Below, piece by piece: positions 1 to 11,065 of a stretch of DNA of 64,000 nucleotides. The notes beneath the pieces are model-generated. The model ran no database searches, had not been told where the DNA came from, and saw nothing but the letters and a program-made list of their open reading frames with translations. Source of the stretch: Malacoraja senta (Eukaryota). A program made the translations under genes and the position numbers. The first letter of the stretch is position 1. The number at the start of each line of letters is the position of its first letter. The stretch spans positions 1 to 64,000 of the forward strand of contig JAXLNO010000200.1 in the NCBI GenBank assembly GCA_038087875.1, read 5' to 3'.

Positions 1-1152
1 CCCTGTTTGAAATGTATGAAACTGCACTTGAATTTGGTGGCCTTGCATCCTGCTTGAAATGATATGAAACTGCACTTGAATTTGGTGGCCTCGCACCCTG
101 CTTGAAATGGTATGAAACTGCACTTGAATTTGGTGCCTTGCACCCTGCTTGAAAAGATATGAAACTGCACTTGAATTTGGTGGCCTCACACACTGCTTGA
201 AATGGTATGAAACTGCATTAGAATTTGATGGCCTTGCATCCTGCTTGAAGTGGTATGAAACTGCATTTGAATTTGGTGGCCTTGCACCCTGCTTGAAATG
301 GTTTGAAACTGCACTTGAATTTGGTGGCCTTGCACCCTGCTTGAAATAGAATGAAACTGCACTTGAATTTGGTGGCCTTGCACCCTGCTTGAAATGGTAT
401 GAAACTGCACTTGAAATTGGTGGCCTTGCACCCTGCATGAAATGGTATGAAACTGCACTTGAATTTGGTGGCCTTGCACCCTGCTTGAAATGGTATGAAA
501 CTGCACTTGAATTTGGTGCATTGCACCCTGCTTGAAATGGTATGAAACGGTACGTGAATTTGGTGGCCTTGCACCCTGCTTGAAATGGCATGAAACTGCA
601 CTTGAATTTGGTGGCCTTGCACCCTGCTTGAAATGGCATGAAACTGCACTTTAATTTGGTGGCCTTGCACCCTGCTTGTAATGGCATGAAACTGCACTTC
701 AATTTGGTGGCCTTGCACCCTGCTTGAAGTGGCATGAATCTGCACTTGAATTTGGTGACCTTGCACCCTACTTGAAGTGGCATGAAACTGCACTTGAATT
801 TGGTGGCCTTGCACCATGCTTGGTGGCATGAAACAGCACTCGAATTTGCTGGCCTTGCACCCTGCTTGAAGTGGCATGAAACTGCACTTGAATTTGGTGG
901 CCTTGCACCCTGCTTGAATTGGCATGAAACTGCACTTGAACTTGGTGGCCTTGCATCCTGCTTGAAATGACATGAAACTGCACTTTAATTTGGTGGCCTT
1001 GCACCCTGCTTGAAATGGCATGAAACTGCACTTCATTTGGTGGCCTTGCACCCTGCTTGAAGTGGCATGAAACAGCACATCAATTTGGTGGCCTTGCACC
1101 CTGCTTGAAATGGTTGGAAACTGCATTTCAATTTGGTGGCCTTGCACCCTGC
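1..1152. repeat. 48-bp minisatellite (~24 units, runs off the left edge)
   Basis: Head-to-tail unit TTGAAATGGYATGAAACTGCACTTGAATTTGGTGGCCTTGCACCCTGC with no unique spacers; ORFs show 16-aa periodicity. Confidence 0.97.
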
Positions 1153-1156
1153 TTCA

Positions 1157-1290
1157 CCATATAATATAACCATATAACAATTACAGCACGGAAACAGGCC
1201 ATCTCGGCCCTTCTAGTCCATGCCGAACACTTATTCTCACCTAGTCCCATCTACCTGCACTCAGACCATAACCCTCCATTCCTTTCTCGT
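1157..1290 (-). mobile_element. CR1-type 3' tail fragment at the end of the array
   Basis: ACAGCACGGAAACAGGCC...CTAGTCCCATCTACCTGCAC resembles the reverse complement of CR1/SINE tails elsewhere in the window. Confidence 0.6.
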
Positions 1291-1649
1291 CCTGCTTGAA
1301 ATGGAATTTCAAGGAATAGCCTCGAGTCAACTTCCAGCTCACCAGCCGTGAGTGAGCTGCCAGCACACCAGGCTTGAGTGACTCAGCTGCCAGCCCAAGA
1401 ATCCATTCGGCCCACAATGTCCATACTAGCCCTCTGTAAACCAGTCCCTTCAGTCATAACACCCATACTAGTGCTCCAGAAAGCCCCCCCCCCCCCCCAC
1501 CACCACTGGCCACCAATATTGAATTGGTGGAGAGGTGGAATATTGCGTTGGGGGACCAGCCCTCCTGTGTGAACATGGGACCCAACGGTCCCACTTTAGA
1601 CTAAAAGTCATTTGAAAGTCAGTTTTTGTAACCACTTAGTCTAGTTTAT

Positions 1650-2878
1650 TCATAGAGGGATGGAGTATAATCTATGATTACATGCAAGCTATTGGTTAAA
1701 GACATGATAGATGTCATACACCGTGAAGAGGTGTGAAGTTTTCAACTTTGGGAGGAACAACATAATAGTTACATTATTTAAATAGTATTTGATTGCGAAA
1801 TGTTGATGTACAAAGAAATTAGAGTGTTCTTGCACACTAGTGGATGTTCGTGTTTGTGTAAAATCTCTTATAGTGTGTTGTCATTTTTTCTATCTCTTTT
1901 TATTATTTGCATGGTTAGTAACTGTAAAGCACTTTGGCTTTTGATTCAAATCAATTGGAAAATGTGCTATATAAATAAACTTATTATTATTATTATAGTC
2001 ACTGAAAGCAAATATGCAGATGCATCAAGCCGTAAAGGCAACAGATGGAATGTTGGCTGTCATACCTAGACAATTTAGGTTCCAGACCAAGGATAACATA
2101 CCACAATTTTATAGAGCCCACCTGAGGTCAGACGTGTCTTCGTTTCCTTACCTAAAGAAATGATATACCTACGGCAGAGAGGATGCAACAAATGTTCACC
2201 TGACTTAAGGGCCTGTCCCACTTGGCATTTTTTTCGGCGTCTGCCGGCATCATTGACTGACATATCAGTTCACAGAAATGTCGCGGCATGATGCGGCGTA
2301 ACACGAGGTAGCGCGGCGGTGACGCGCCGTGACGCAGCGTGATGATGTATGACGTGCGGTGTTTTTTCGAGTGTCGCAACGTTTTTTTGTCGCCACTGAC
2401 TTTGAAATGTTCAAAATCTTTTGGCGACACTGATATGACGCCGAAAAAAATTGCCAAGTGGGACAGGCCCTTTATTATTGAGGTTCCATTACTTCTGCAC
2501 GAAGTGACAAGGTTTGTATTCATTGAAGTTTGAAAATGAGAGAATCTAATTGAAGCTTACAAAATTCTTACAGGGCTGGATAAACTAGATGCGGGGAGAA
2601 TACTTACCCTGGTTGGAGTGTCGAGAACCGGAAGTATAATCTCAGGTTACAGACCAAGTTAAATAAGGAGACATTTCTTCACTACAGAAGGATGACTCTG
2701 AAATTGTCCTGAATAGTGAAACAGCCAAGTCAATTAATACATTTAAAAAGAGACAGATACATTTCTGGATGTTAAAGGCATCAAGGGGCATGGAAGAAAA
2801 TGGAAGCATGAGGTTTGATCTTCAGTCATATTCGTAATGAATTGTGGAAAATCCTGCTCCTGCACTTATTTTCTATGT
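1650..2878 (+). mobile_element. Old degraded CR1 3' region interrupted by a (TAT)n-tailed fragment (~1840-1997) and a MITE
   Basis: Recognisable CR1 C-terminal sequence ending CTCCTGCACTTATTTTCTATGT. Confidence 0.65.
2208..2471. mobile_element. PIF/Harbinger-type MITE
   Basis: ~35-bp TIRs AGGGCCTGTCCCACTTGGCA..TTTTTTCGGCGTC; TTA duplicated at 2205-2207 and 2472-2474. Confidence 0.85.
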
Positions 2879-3003
2879 TACAAAGAGCATTGGTGAGACC
2901 AGCTCAATGTGTTTTATAATAATCATATTTTATTCATAAAATGTTCACAATATACTGCAATCATAATGTATCTACCATAATACAATGTAGCAGAAGCATT
3001 ATC

Positions 3004-3651
3004 AAAATATTGACCAGAGTGGCTAAGTAGACATGAGATACTGTCTGCCAGCAGCCAACAATAGAGAGAATGCAATTGTAGACACAACCTCTGAAATAGG
3101 AAGGGGGTAGAATCAAATTAAGGCCGTGGCCAGAACTGTGGAAGGATCAGCAACAAGTGACTCATGGCCCGAGTATACTCGAGGGAGTGCCACAGAATAG
3201 GTTAGAGAGAGTCTGGAATTGGGGCCCAGAGAGATTAAATGACATGAGGAAACTGGAATCCCAGAGAGTTCAAAAGAACTGTACGGAGTTTGTACGTTCT
3301 CCCCATGACCTGCATGGGTTTTCTCCAAGATCTTTGGTTTCCTCCCACACTCTAAAGGCGTACAGGTTTGGTGGTTAATTGGCTTGGTGTAAATGTAAAT
3401 TGTCCCTATGAGGATTGCTAGTTGGTGCGGACTCAGTGGGCCGAAGGGGCTGTTTCCGTGCTGTATCTCTAAACTAAACAAAACATGGGAAACCGATGCA
3501 GATGGAGTTGAGAAGATCATGGGAACCTGGCTAAAAGGAGCCAGGAATCATGTCACTGCTATTGTATGCAGTGTGAGAACCGGAATTACGGTGAGTTATA
3601 GGGAGCATGGAAAGTCCAGGTGACTTTTAAGGTAATCAAGTGAAACAGAAT
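3004..3651. repeat. Left copy, part A, of the ~740-bp duplication flanking the L1; contains a 5'-truncated SINE (~3279-3480)
   Basis: Near-identical to 15132-15780. Confidence 0.95.
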
Positions 3652-4240
3652 AGTAAGATTAAACGAGAACTTACCAGTTTGAAGTTTGATCTGTATTTTA
3701 TGAGGAGTTACGTTGGTGATTACGTGAAGAACCCCGCCAGTGCGCCTGTGCGTCAATCTTCAAAGCAGCGGTGTGAAATCGCAAAAAACAAGAAACTAAG
3801 TAATATAGTAACATAATAAAATGAGTAATTTAAGAACTTCCATCTGACCTTTATGATAGAGGGTTGGGCCGTGGTGGGCACGTAATCACCAACGTAACTC
3901 CTCATAAAATAAAGATCAAACTTCAAACTGGTAAGTTCTCGTTTAATCTTACTATTTTACTTCGGAGTCACGTGAGTGACTACGTGAAGATTTTAATGCT
4001 TTGTGATTTCATGCCGCAGATACAAATCGCGGCTTCTCACTGCATTGATTGACTTGGAACGAGAAATCATCAATAATGCATTAATAACAACATTTGTATC
4101 ACAAATGCAGTAATTCATTTATTTTAATAATGAAAATTAATAAGATCCCCTTTAAACCAGAGGAATTTATACAGAACTTAAAATAGTTTCTGCAAACAAT
4201 CCCGCATTAACAATAGGCCGATGGTAAAACTGTTGAAACA

Positions 4241-4992
4241 TCAACTTATTGGACCACCCGGCGGCTGCGAGAATATGGTCGACGGGGACGTCCTTCGCCC
4301 TGGCCGCCGACGTTGCTGCTGCCCCCTAGTCGAATGAGACGTAAAAACATCAGTGTTAATACCAGCAGCTGTCAAGACTTCTTTTAGCCATCTTGAAATA
4401 GTCTGTACTGAGACTCTCTTGTGTGGTTTCTTGTGTGTGATAAACAACCCAGTTTCTGTATTTCTCAAAACCTTTGTGACCTCAATGTATTGTAACAAAT
4501 ATGTCTTAATACAGAGACAAGGCTCATTTGGATATGCTGCTAGCACAATTTTAAATCCCGTCACACCTGGCCTACTTTGCTTTAGTAGGTCATAAATGTA
4601 AAATGTAACATTATCTTCAGCTACTTCCATCCTGTCTATTTGTAATTTTTGAAATGTCTGCACTCGTTGTGCTGTCACTAATGCCATTAGCATGACCACT
4701 TTCATACTGAGTTTGGCCAAAGGCAAAGACACGCTTGGTGACCATTCACGAAGTAGCTTAAGAACCACACTCACATCCCAGATTGTCATGTACCTCGGCT
4801 TAGGAGGTCTGGAATTAAAATTCCTTTCATTAGTCTGGAAACAAGTGGATGAGACCCAATAGGATTTCCTTCTGACTCCACAACCAAATATGAGGACAAT
4901 GCACTTCTGGCTGAATTAATTGCACTATAACTCAAGCCTTCATCATAGTAAAGTGTTGACAGAAATTCTAAAACATTTGAAATATCTGCCAT
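4241..4992 (-). pseudogene. DIRS tyrosine recombinase, frameshifted
   Basis: SYSAINSARSALS, LVTAQRVQ, TISRWLKEVL..AGINTDVFTSHSTR (R and HSTR motifs). Confidence 0.9.
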
Positions 4993-5271
4993 ACAATATT
5001 CAACATTCTTTTGTACACAGAACTCTTCCCATTTCTTAATATAAGAAAGGTACTTTTTTGAGTGCTCTTCCTCCAGGCTGCCATAAGCATGTCCACAGTA
5101 TGCACAGACAGTCCTCCCCCCAAAAAAGGCCTTCTTAAAACCTGCAAATTAACAAATCCAAACGATCATATAATGGACATTGTTTCCCTGTTACAGGGTG
5201 CAGCAGTAGATCCCTTCTTTTTGGGACTTTCATCAAAGGCTGTGTCATTAATTCTAATATTAAAGGAAACC

Positions 5272-6126
5272 GACACCGACCGACTCAGCACCGACTTAGC
5301 CCCCCTATACATCAACGGCGAGTGTGTGGAGAGGGCTTACACCTTCCGGTTTCTCGGCGTCCTCATCTCCGCTGACATCTCCTGGACAGACAACATCACA
5401 GCGGTCATCAAGAAGGCTCAGCAGCGGCTGCACTTCCTGAGGGTCCTCAGGAAGCACAACCTGGACTCCAACCTGCTGCTGACCTTCTACTGCTCGTCCA
5501 TTGAGAGCCTGCTTACATACTGCATTACAGCATGGTATGGCAGCTGCACCACGGCAGACAGGGAGAGGCTCCAGAGGGTAGTTAGGGCAGCACAGAAGAT
5601 CATTGGCTGCCCTCTCCCCTCCCTGATGGACATTTACACCTCCCGCTGCCTCAGCAGGGTGAAGAACATCATCAAGGACAGCTCCCATCCTGCATTTGGC
5701 CTGTTCGACCTGCTGCCCTCAGGGAGGCGCTATAGGTGCATCAGAACAAGGACAAATAGACTCAAGAACAGTTGCTTTCCAAAAGCCATAACCTCTCTGA
5801 ACTCACACATGTACTGACTTCACAGCTTAACCCCCGGACTTCCATCTATCCACCTACTGTATTTGTACTGTAACTGTAATTTTTAATATGTGCAATAACC
5901 CATACTGTATATAGTAATCCTATTTATTCACTCTATTCACCCATTGTCTTTTTATAGATATGTATATAGCGCCGCAGAACTGTGCACCTTATCCCCCCCC
6001 CCCCCCCCCTTGTTTTTTTGTTGTTGTTTTTTTAACTAATTACATGTCTGCACTGAGTACGAGCTGCTTTTAATCTCATTGTACATGTGTATAGTGACAA
6101 TAAAATGGCATTCTAATTCTAATTCT
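5272..6126 (+). mobile_element. 5'-truncated Rex1/Babar-type LINE nested in the DIRS
   Basis: FRFLGVLISADISW..KKAQQRLHFLRVLRK; (ATTCTA)n tail; AAACC TSD at 5267-5271 and 6127-6131; removal restores DIRS PTQPWFPLILEL. Confidence 0.9.
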
Positions 6127-6131
6127 AAACC

Positions 6132-7557
6132 ATGGCTGTGTAGGTACCACTAGTACCTTGCAGTATCTTGCCTGATTTTAAGCAAACACCGGCTTATGAG
6201 GCAGAAAGGTGGAAATGCATATAAAACATACCACCCCAATGTAGCGAGAAAGCATCAATCGCTACTGCTCCTGGATCTGGTTCCCATGACACATATCTAG
6301 ATAGTTGATGATTTAGTCTAGATGTGAATAAGTCGAAGTCTGGCATTCCAAATCTGATTACTATGTCATTGAATACATCTCGATTTAACATTCATTCTTT
6401 ATTATCATGGAATTTTCTTGACTTGGTGTCTGCTATAATATTCAATCTACCTGGTAGATGAATAGCTGAAATCCAAATATTCTTTTCAATACACCAAGAC
6501 CAGATTTGATTAGCCATTTTGTCACATGACACCGACTTGATTCCACCCATATGATTAATATAGGCAACTGCTGTTGTGTTATCAATTTGAACTTGAACAT
6601 GCAGATTAGTTGTGTTAGAGCAGTAAGCTTGGAGTCCATAGAAACCTCCTAAAAGCTCCAAATAGTTAATTCCCCATGTCTGCAGTAACAATGACTCTTC
6701 CTGATTCCATCTGCCTCCGCAGCTGGATGCCAAATCCGTTGCACCCCATCCTAGTGCACTGACATCAGTTTGTAATATCATGGAAGGTTGTTCAATCAGT
6801 ACTTTGCTGAAACTGCTTGAGACATGTAGAATCCACCACTGCAGATCAGAAACAGCATTTGTTGTTAGTTGCATGGTTCTATCAAAATGACCAGCATGCA
6901 TCCTCAGTGCCTGGTCTTTAATTCTCTACAGCTGTTGATAATGTAATGGCCCGTATTGTACTGCTGAGAATGCTGCTATTAATTTCCCCAGTACTCTAGC
7001 CATATGTTTGATTGAAGGTTTTTGCTCGTTTAACAGATTACTGCAATCTTCAATCAACTCCACCCTTTTTTCTCTGGGCAAAGTAATTTTCATGTGAACT
7101 GAATCAATTGTGAACCCCAAATAATCAATTGAGGTGCATGGCATTAACCTTGATTTCTTTGGATGAATTAGATACCCCAACTTTCAAAAGTGGATTTCAC
7201 AACTGAAACAGATGATTTTGTTGACACTTTTGTCCGTCCTATAATCAGGACATCATCCAAGTATGCCATTAGTACATGCCCCTGGCTTCTCAGCAATCCC
7301 AAAATTGGTTTTAACAATTTGGTGAATATTCTGGAAGCTGAAGTTAACCCATTAGGCAGAGCTTTAAACTGCCATAGCTGGTTCATCCAGGTAAATTTAA
7401 GATACTTTCTATCTTCCAAATGAACAGACACTAAATAGTATGCATCTTTTAAATCTATAGTTGCCATATAACATGCTTTTGAAATAAGCTGCTTGGCAGT
7501 TACAAACGTCTCCATTTTAAAATGTCTAAATTGAACAAAAGGATTAAGACTTGTCAA
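6132..7557 (-). pseudogene. DIRS RT / RNase H / methyltransferase-like region, fragmented
   Basis: IDLKDAYY, FKALPNGL, YLDDVL; QTDVSALGWG, INYLELL, DNTTAVAYINHMGG; DLFTSRLNHQL..DAF. Confidence 0.92.
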
Positions 7558-7559
7558 GT

Positions 7560-8588
7560 CTAAATAATCCTACATCCATCCTTTTTTGGTTGAGGGAATA
7601 CATTTGACACAAATTGGTGAGTTTGATAAATTGATTTTTCAATAACACCTTTTTTATATAGGTTTTCAAGTTCAGCTTGAACCTCCATCACTTGTAATTG
7701 TATATTACTTGGTTTGCAGAGTGCTGCGAATTTAGGATTGATAGTAGGCCGGATAGCACACTTCCTCAGACAATTAATCTTGAAGTGGGCGCTACATAGC
7801 AACCCCAGTGCCTCCTGATGCAACTCCGTCATCTGCTGGCTTCTATCCGTTATTCTGGCAAAAGCAGTTATTCCAGAACCCAGCAGCTTTAATATTCTCT
7901 GCAACTTCACTTCTTGAGCTCTCATAGTCATGCTCATCTGACTCCAGATCACTTGATTTACTGCTGGTGCTTTCAACAACACACAGTTACTTGGAGTCTC
8001 ATGCTTTTTTGCAGTGTCATCCATCTCAAGCTGTTCCAGCTGATGGGATACCAAGTAATTTATTAGGGAGGCCAACTCTTGTCCTAATGGCTCTCCTGAC
8101 CCTGAAGGGGCAGCGAAACGTACAGCCAGAGGTGGAATATCTGGCAGCTGCCGTTCTTCGCCTTGAACAGCCTCACCGTCAGAGTCGGGGTCTGAACTCT
8201 CATCAATGAGGGTGCATTCCAACAGCCCTTTGCTAGGTGCTGTTGAGCTGCTTTCTGCAGCCTGGCTTTTGCTACACTCCTCTCTGAGTGTGCTTTTCTC
8301 CAATAGCCTGTGTATGAGGCTTTCCATTTGTGATATCCGCTCAAAAGCGGAATCCAGCCCTGGAGTTACCTCCATTTCATCGGACTCCTCCTCCGTGGGC
8401 CGTATGGATTTGAACTTCGCCTTGCGCCCGACTGGTGCTGACTGCGTTCTTTTCAGCCCCAAATCCACAGTCGCTACGCTTTCCGCTGGCGACTGTACCG
8501 GGGTCAGAGGCGGCTGGTCGCCGACCGCAATCTCGCGACTCTCTACCGGCTGTGCCGCCCGCCTCCTCCGCTTGCCCATTTTTTCCAT
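7560..8588 (-). pseudogene. DIRS gag-like ORF1 running in frame into RT N-terminal sequence
   Basis: MEKMGKRRRR..., APAVNQVIW, QEVKLQRI; ends GVIEKS..FVSNVFPQPKKDG, an RT start motif. Confidence 0.75.
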
Positions 8589-8798
8589 GGTGCCTGTGGA
8601 AAAATCTCCACAGACCCACAGCCAACGGACATGGAAATTACGAAAAAAGTTTTTACTTACCTTGTAGTTTACAACTACATTTCCACTAGAGGAGCTCTGC
8701 TCCTCACGTCCGTTAGCGCCAATGCGTCTGACGTAATGACGCGCAGGCGCAATGGCGGGGTTCTTCACGTAGTCACTCACGTGACTCCAAAGTAAAAT

Positions 8799-8890
8799 CA
8801 GATATGTTGCATGCGAATACAGCAAATAAGACTCAGTGATTTTAAAGAGAGTCTGGAATCAGGGCCAAGTGGGTTTAAGAGGAATGCTGG
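8799..8890. repeat. Left copy, part B, of the L1-flanking duplication
   Basis: Matches 15781-15872. Confidence 0.93.
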
Positions 8891-9073
8891 TGGCGCCATG
8901 TTGCACTAACAGACACACACCTAGCTCCGCTCCCGAAAAATTCACGATTTTTCGCGTTAAAACGGGTCTACAGGTCGGGACTGATTTAAAAACCTTACCG
9001 GAGCTTCTGGTCTCCGCGCCGATGACGTCATCAGTAAGCGCGATGATTTATACGGTGGTTTAAGGACTTTTAA

Positions 9074-10120
9074 ATGAAAAGACGGTCTCCAGCTCAGAGT
9101 CCTCAGAGAACAGTTAAAAAACAGCTGCTGAAAAGCCTGAAGAATCCTGAAGGAGAAGTTACCTCTGAAGTTCCTGAAGTGGCTGCAGAAATGTCTACAA
9201 GATCTAAGACAGATCTGGCTAAGGATAAAGAATTTGAGGATTTGAAGAAATCGGTGAGAGATATTAAAGATGAAATTTTGGATGAAAATAAAATTATGAT
9301 GGGAAAAATGATGGAAAAAATCAAAAAGATGATGGATTCGAGTGCTGGTAATCAGAAGGTTATTGATTCAATTGGCACTATAAATAAACGAATTGATGAT
9401 GAGAAAGGTGAACTATCGGGGAGAATTGATAAGGTAGAAGAAGTTACTACGGACAGGTTCATGGCTGTGCTTGAAACAGTGGCTGCAAGTATGGCTACAA
9501 TCATGGAAATTGAGAAAAATATGGCTCGAATGGCTGAAGATATGGAGAGAATGAAGCATGAACATGATCAAACTACAGGACAGATGGCGACTCATCTGGG
9601 GAAAGTTTCAGACAAATGCCTGGACCTGGAAGCTCGTTCAAGACGCCAGAATTTAAGAATTCTTGGAGTCTCAGAGGGAGCTGAGGGAAGGGACATTCGT
9701 GAGTTTGCTATGGGCTTACTCAAACAACTGCTTAATCTCCCCAAAGAACCGAAAATTGAAGTGGCACATCTAGTACCGAGATTTAAACCAAGATCTCAAA
9801 CAAGACCAGACCACCCACGACAGATTATTGTGAAATTTCGGGACATTTCAGAACTGGAAGAGGTGATGAGTAAAATCAAATATGGAATGCAACTGAGGCT
9901 TGACAACGACTCTATCAAAATATTCAGGGACTATCCGTATGAGATTGTGCAAAAGAGAAATCAGATCACAAAGGCAAAAGAAATTTTAAGGGGAATTCAA
10001 GATGTTAGATACGGTGTCTTCTATCCCACTAAGATGCGCATTACTTATAAGGGACATGAGAGATCATTTGTAAATCCGGAGGATGCGTACAGATATGCAC
10101 AGAGCATCATGGAAAAGTAG
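9074..10120 (+). CDS. L1 ORF1p, open 348-aa frame
   Basis: Coiled coil, DLEARSRRQNLRILGVSEG, PRQIIVKF, IFRDYP..KR, YGVFYPTKMRI. Confidence 0.9.
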   Translation: MKRRSPAQSPQRTVKKQLLKSLKNPEGEVTSEVPEVAAEMSTRSKTDLAKDKEFEDLKKSVRDIKDEILDENKIMMGKMMEKIKKMMDSSAGNQKVIDSIGTINKRIDDEKGELSGRIDKVEEVTTDRFMAVLETVAASMATIMEIEKNMARMAEDMERMKHEHDQTTGQMATHLGKVSDKCLDLEARSRRQNLRILGVSEGAEGRDIREFAMGLLKQLLNLPKEPKIEVAHLVPRFKPRSQTRPDHPRQIIVKFRDISELEEVMSKIKYGMQLRLDNDSIKIFRDYPYEIVQKRNQITKAKEILRGIQDVRYGVFYPTKMRITYKGHERSFVNPEDAYRYAQSIMEK

Positions 10121-11065
10121 CGGGAATACATGGATGGTATGGACAAACTTTTTTATTATAATTCCACAGTTAATGGAGGATCTGAAGTGAAGAAACAGTT
10201 CTTGTAGTGTTTAAAAAAAAAAAAAAAACTTATTTGAAGAATCCTGCAAGCTGAGGATGTCTAGACTTTTTATCTGTGGAATTTTAACTCAAGGACATTC
10301 TGTGTTCCAAACGAAGCAAATAGCGGATAACAGAGGATCGCCGAGCCGAAGAGAGTGGATTATACCAGAAGCATTAATTGTTTAAGAGATTAAAATACTA
10401 AATTAAATTGTAAAGAACTAATCCTATTAATAATTTAACAATTTAACAATTTAACAATATTAAACTAGAAATAGTAACGGACGCTAACAAGAAAAAAACA
10501 ATGAACTAACACAACTAACACAGATTTTCACTAAATCTAAGCCTTATCTATAACTGGGGGGGGGGGGGAGAAACGAGCACCTGGCTTAGATCCAGGAGCA
10601 CGTTTCACGTTAACCCCTTCAACCAACAGTTGATTATTATTGAAGGTAAAACCATTCGTTTAACAATTAGTAGATAAATTTGTTATATATATATGATATG
10701 TTATAACGAAATGTATAGGGTAAATCTGTATTATATATCTGATTGCGAGGCCCCGTCCTATTATGTTATGAGTAACCAATGGTGCGGAGCTATTTGTTTA
10801 ACATCGACAATGGAAGTCGATACAAGGTTTTCTCCCACCTACAGGTGGGCCACTTGTTACAGTGTGAACCATTTTAGACACTGTATTTTCACTTTTTCAA
10901 TTTTTTTTAAATTATCACATCAAGTCACTTGTTCGTGTTTTTTGTTTAGTGATAAGCGTAAAAGGGATATGCCAACAAAACTTAGTAACGCAAAGGTTCC
11001 CCCTATACCCAAAGACCTGAGGTATGGATGCACCGTAAGATTTAAAGGTATTATAATTATTCAAA

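Larger units (their letters stand above)
1..1644 (+). mobile_element. Non-autonomous Helitron-like element, 3' part, carrying the 48-bp array
   Basis: GC hairpin GGGACC-CAAC-GGTCCC at 1577-1592, terminal CTAG at 1641-1644 followed by T; ~1340-1637 matches 17652-17950 in inverted orientation. Confidence 0.55.
3652..8798 (-). mobile_element. DIRS1-type tyrosine-recombinase retrotransposon; termini present, ORFs disrupted
   Basis: Inverted terminal repeats (3720-3755 vs 8738-8772); ICR ~3880-3990 complementary to both ends; gag, RT, RNase H, methyltransferase-like and YR remnants; empty site visible at 15778-15783. Confidence 0.95.

Noticed and set aside
1..1152. CRISPR array or repeat-protein gene
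   Set aside because: Units are contiguous with no unique spacers and there are no cas genes; the ORFs arise because the 48-bp unit is a multiple of three.
5062..5817. 251-aa ORF as a novel gene
   Set aside because: Chance read-through from antisense DIRS sequence into the nested Rex1 fragment.
4241..6391. Phage integrase plus DNA methyltransferase (prophage or restriction-modification system)
   Set aside because: Both are standard DIRS1 domains lying between DIRS termini beside RT and RNase H.
10121..11065. Extra gene in the L1 inter-ORF spacer (10693-11079)
   Set aside because: No motif; long A-rich spacers are ordinary in non-mammalian L1s.
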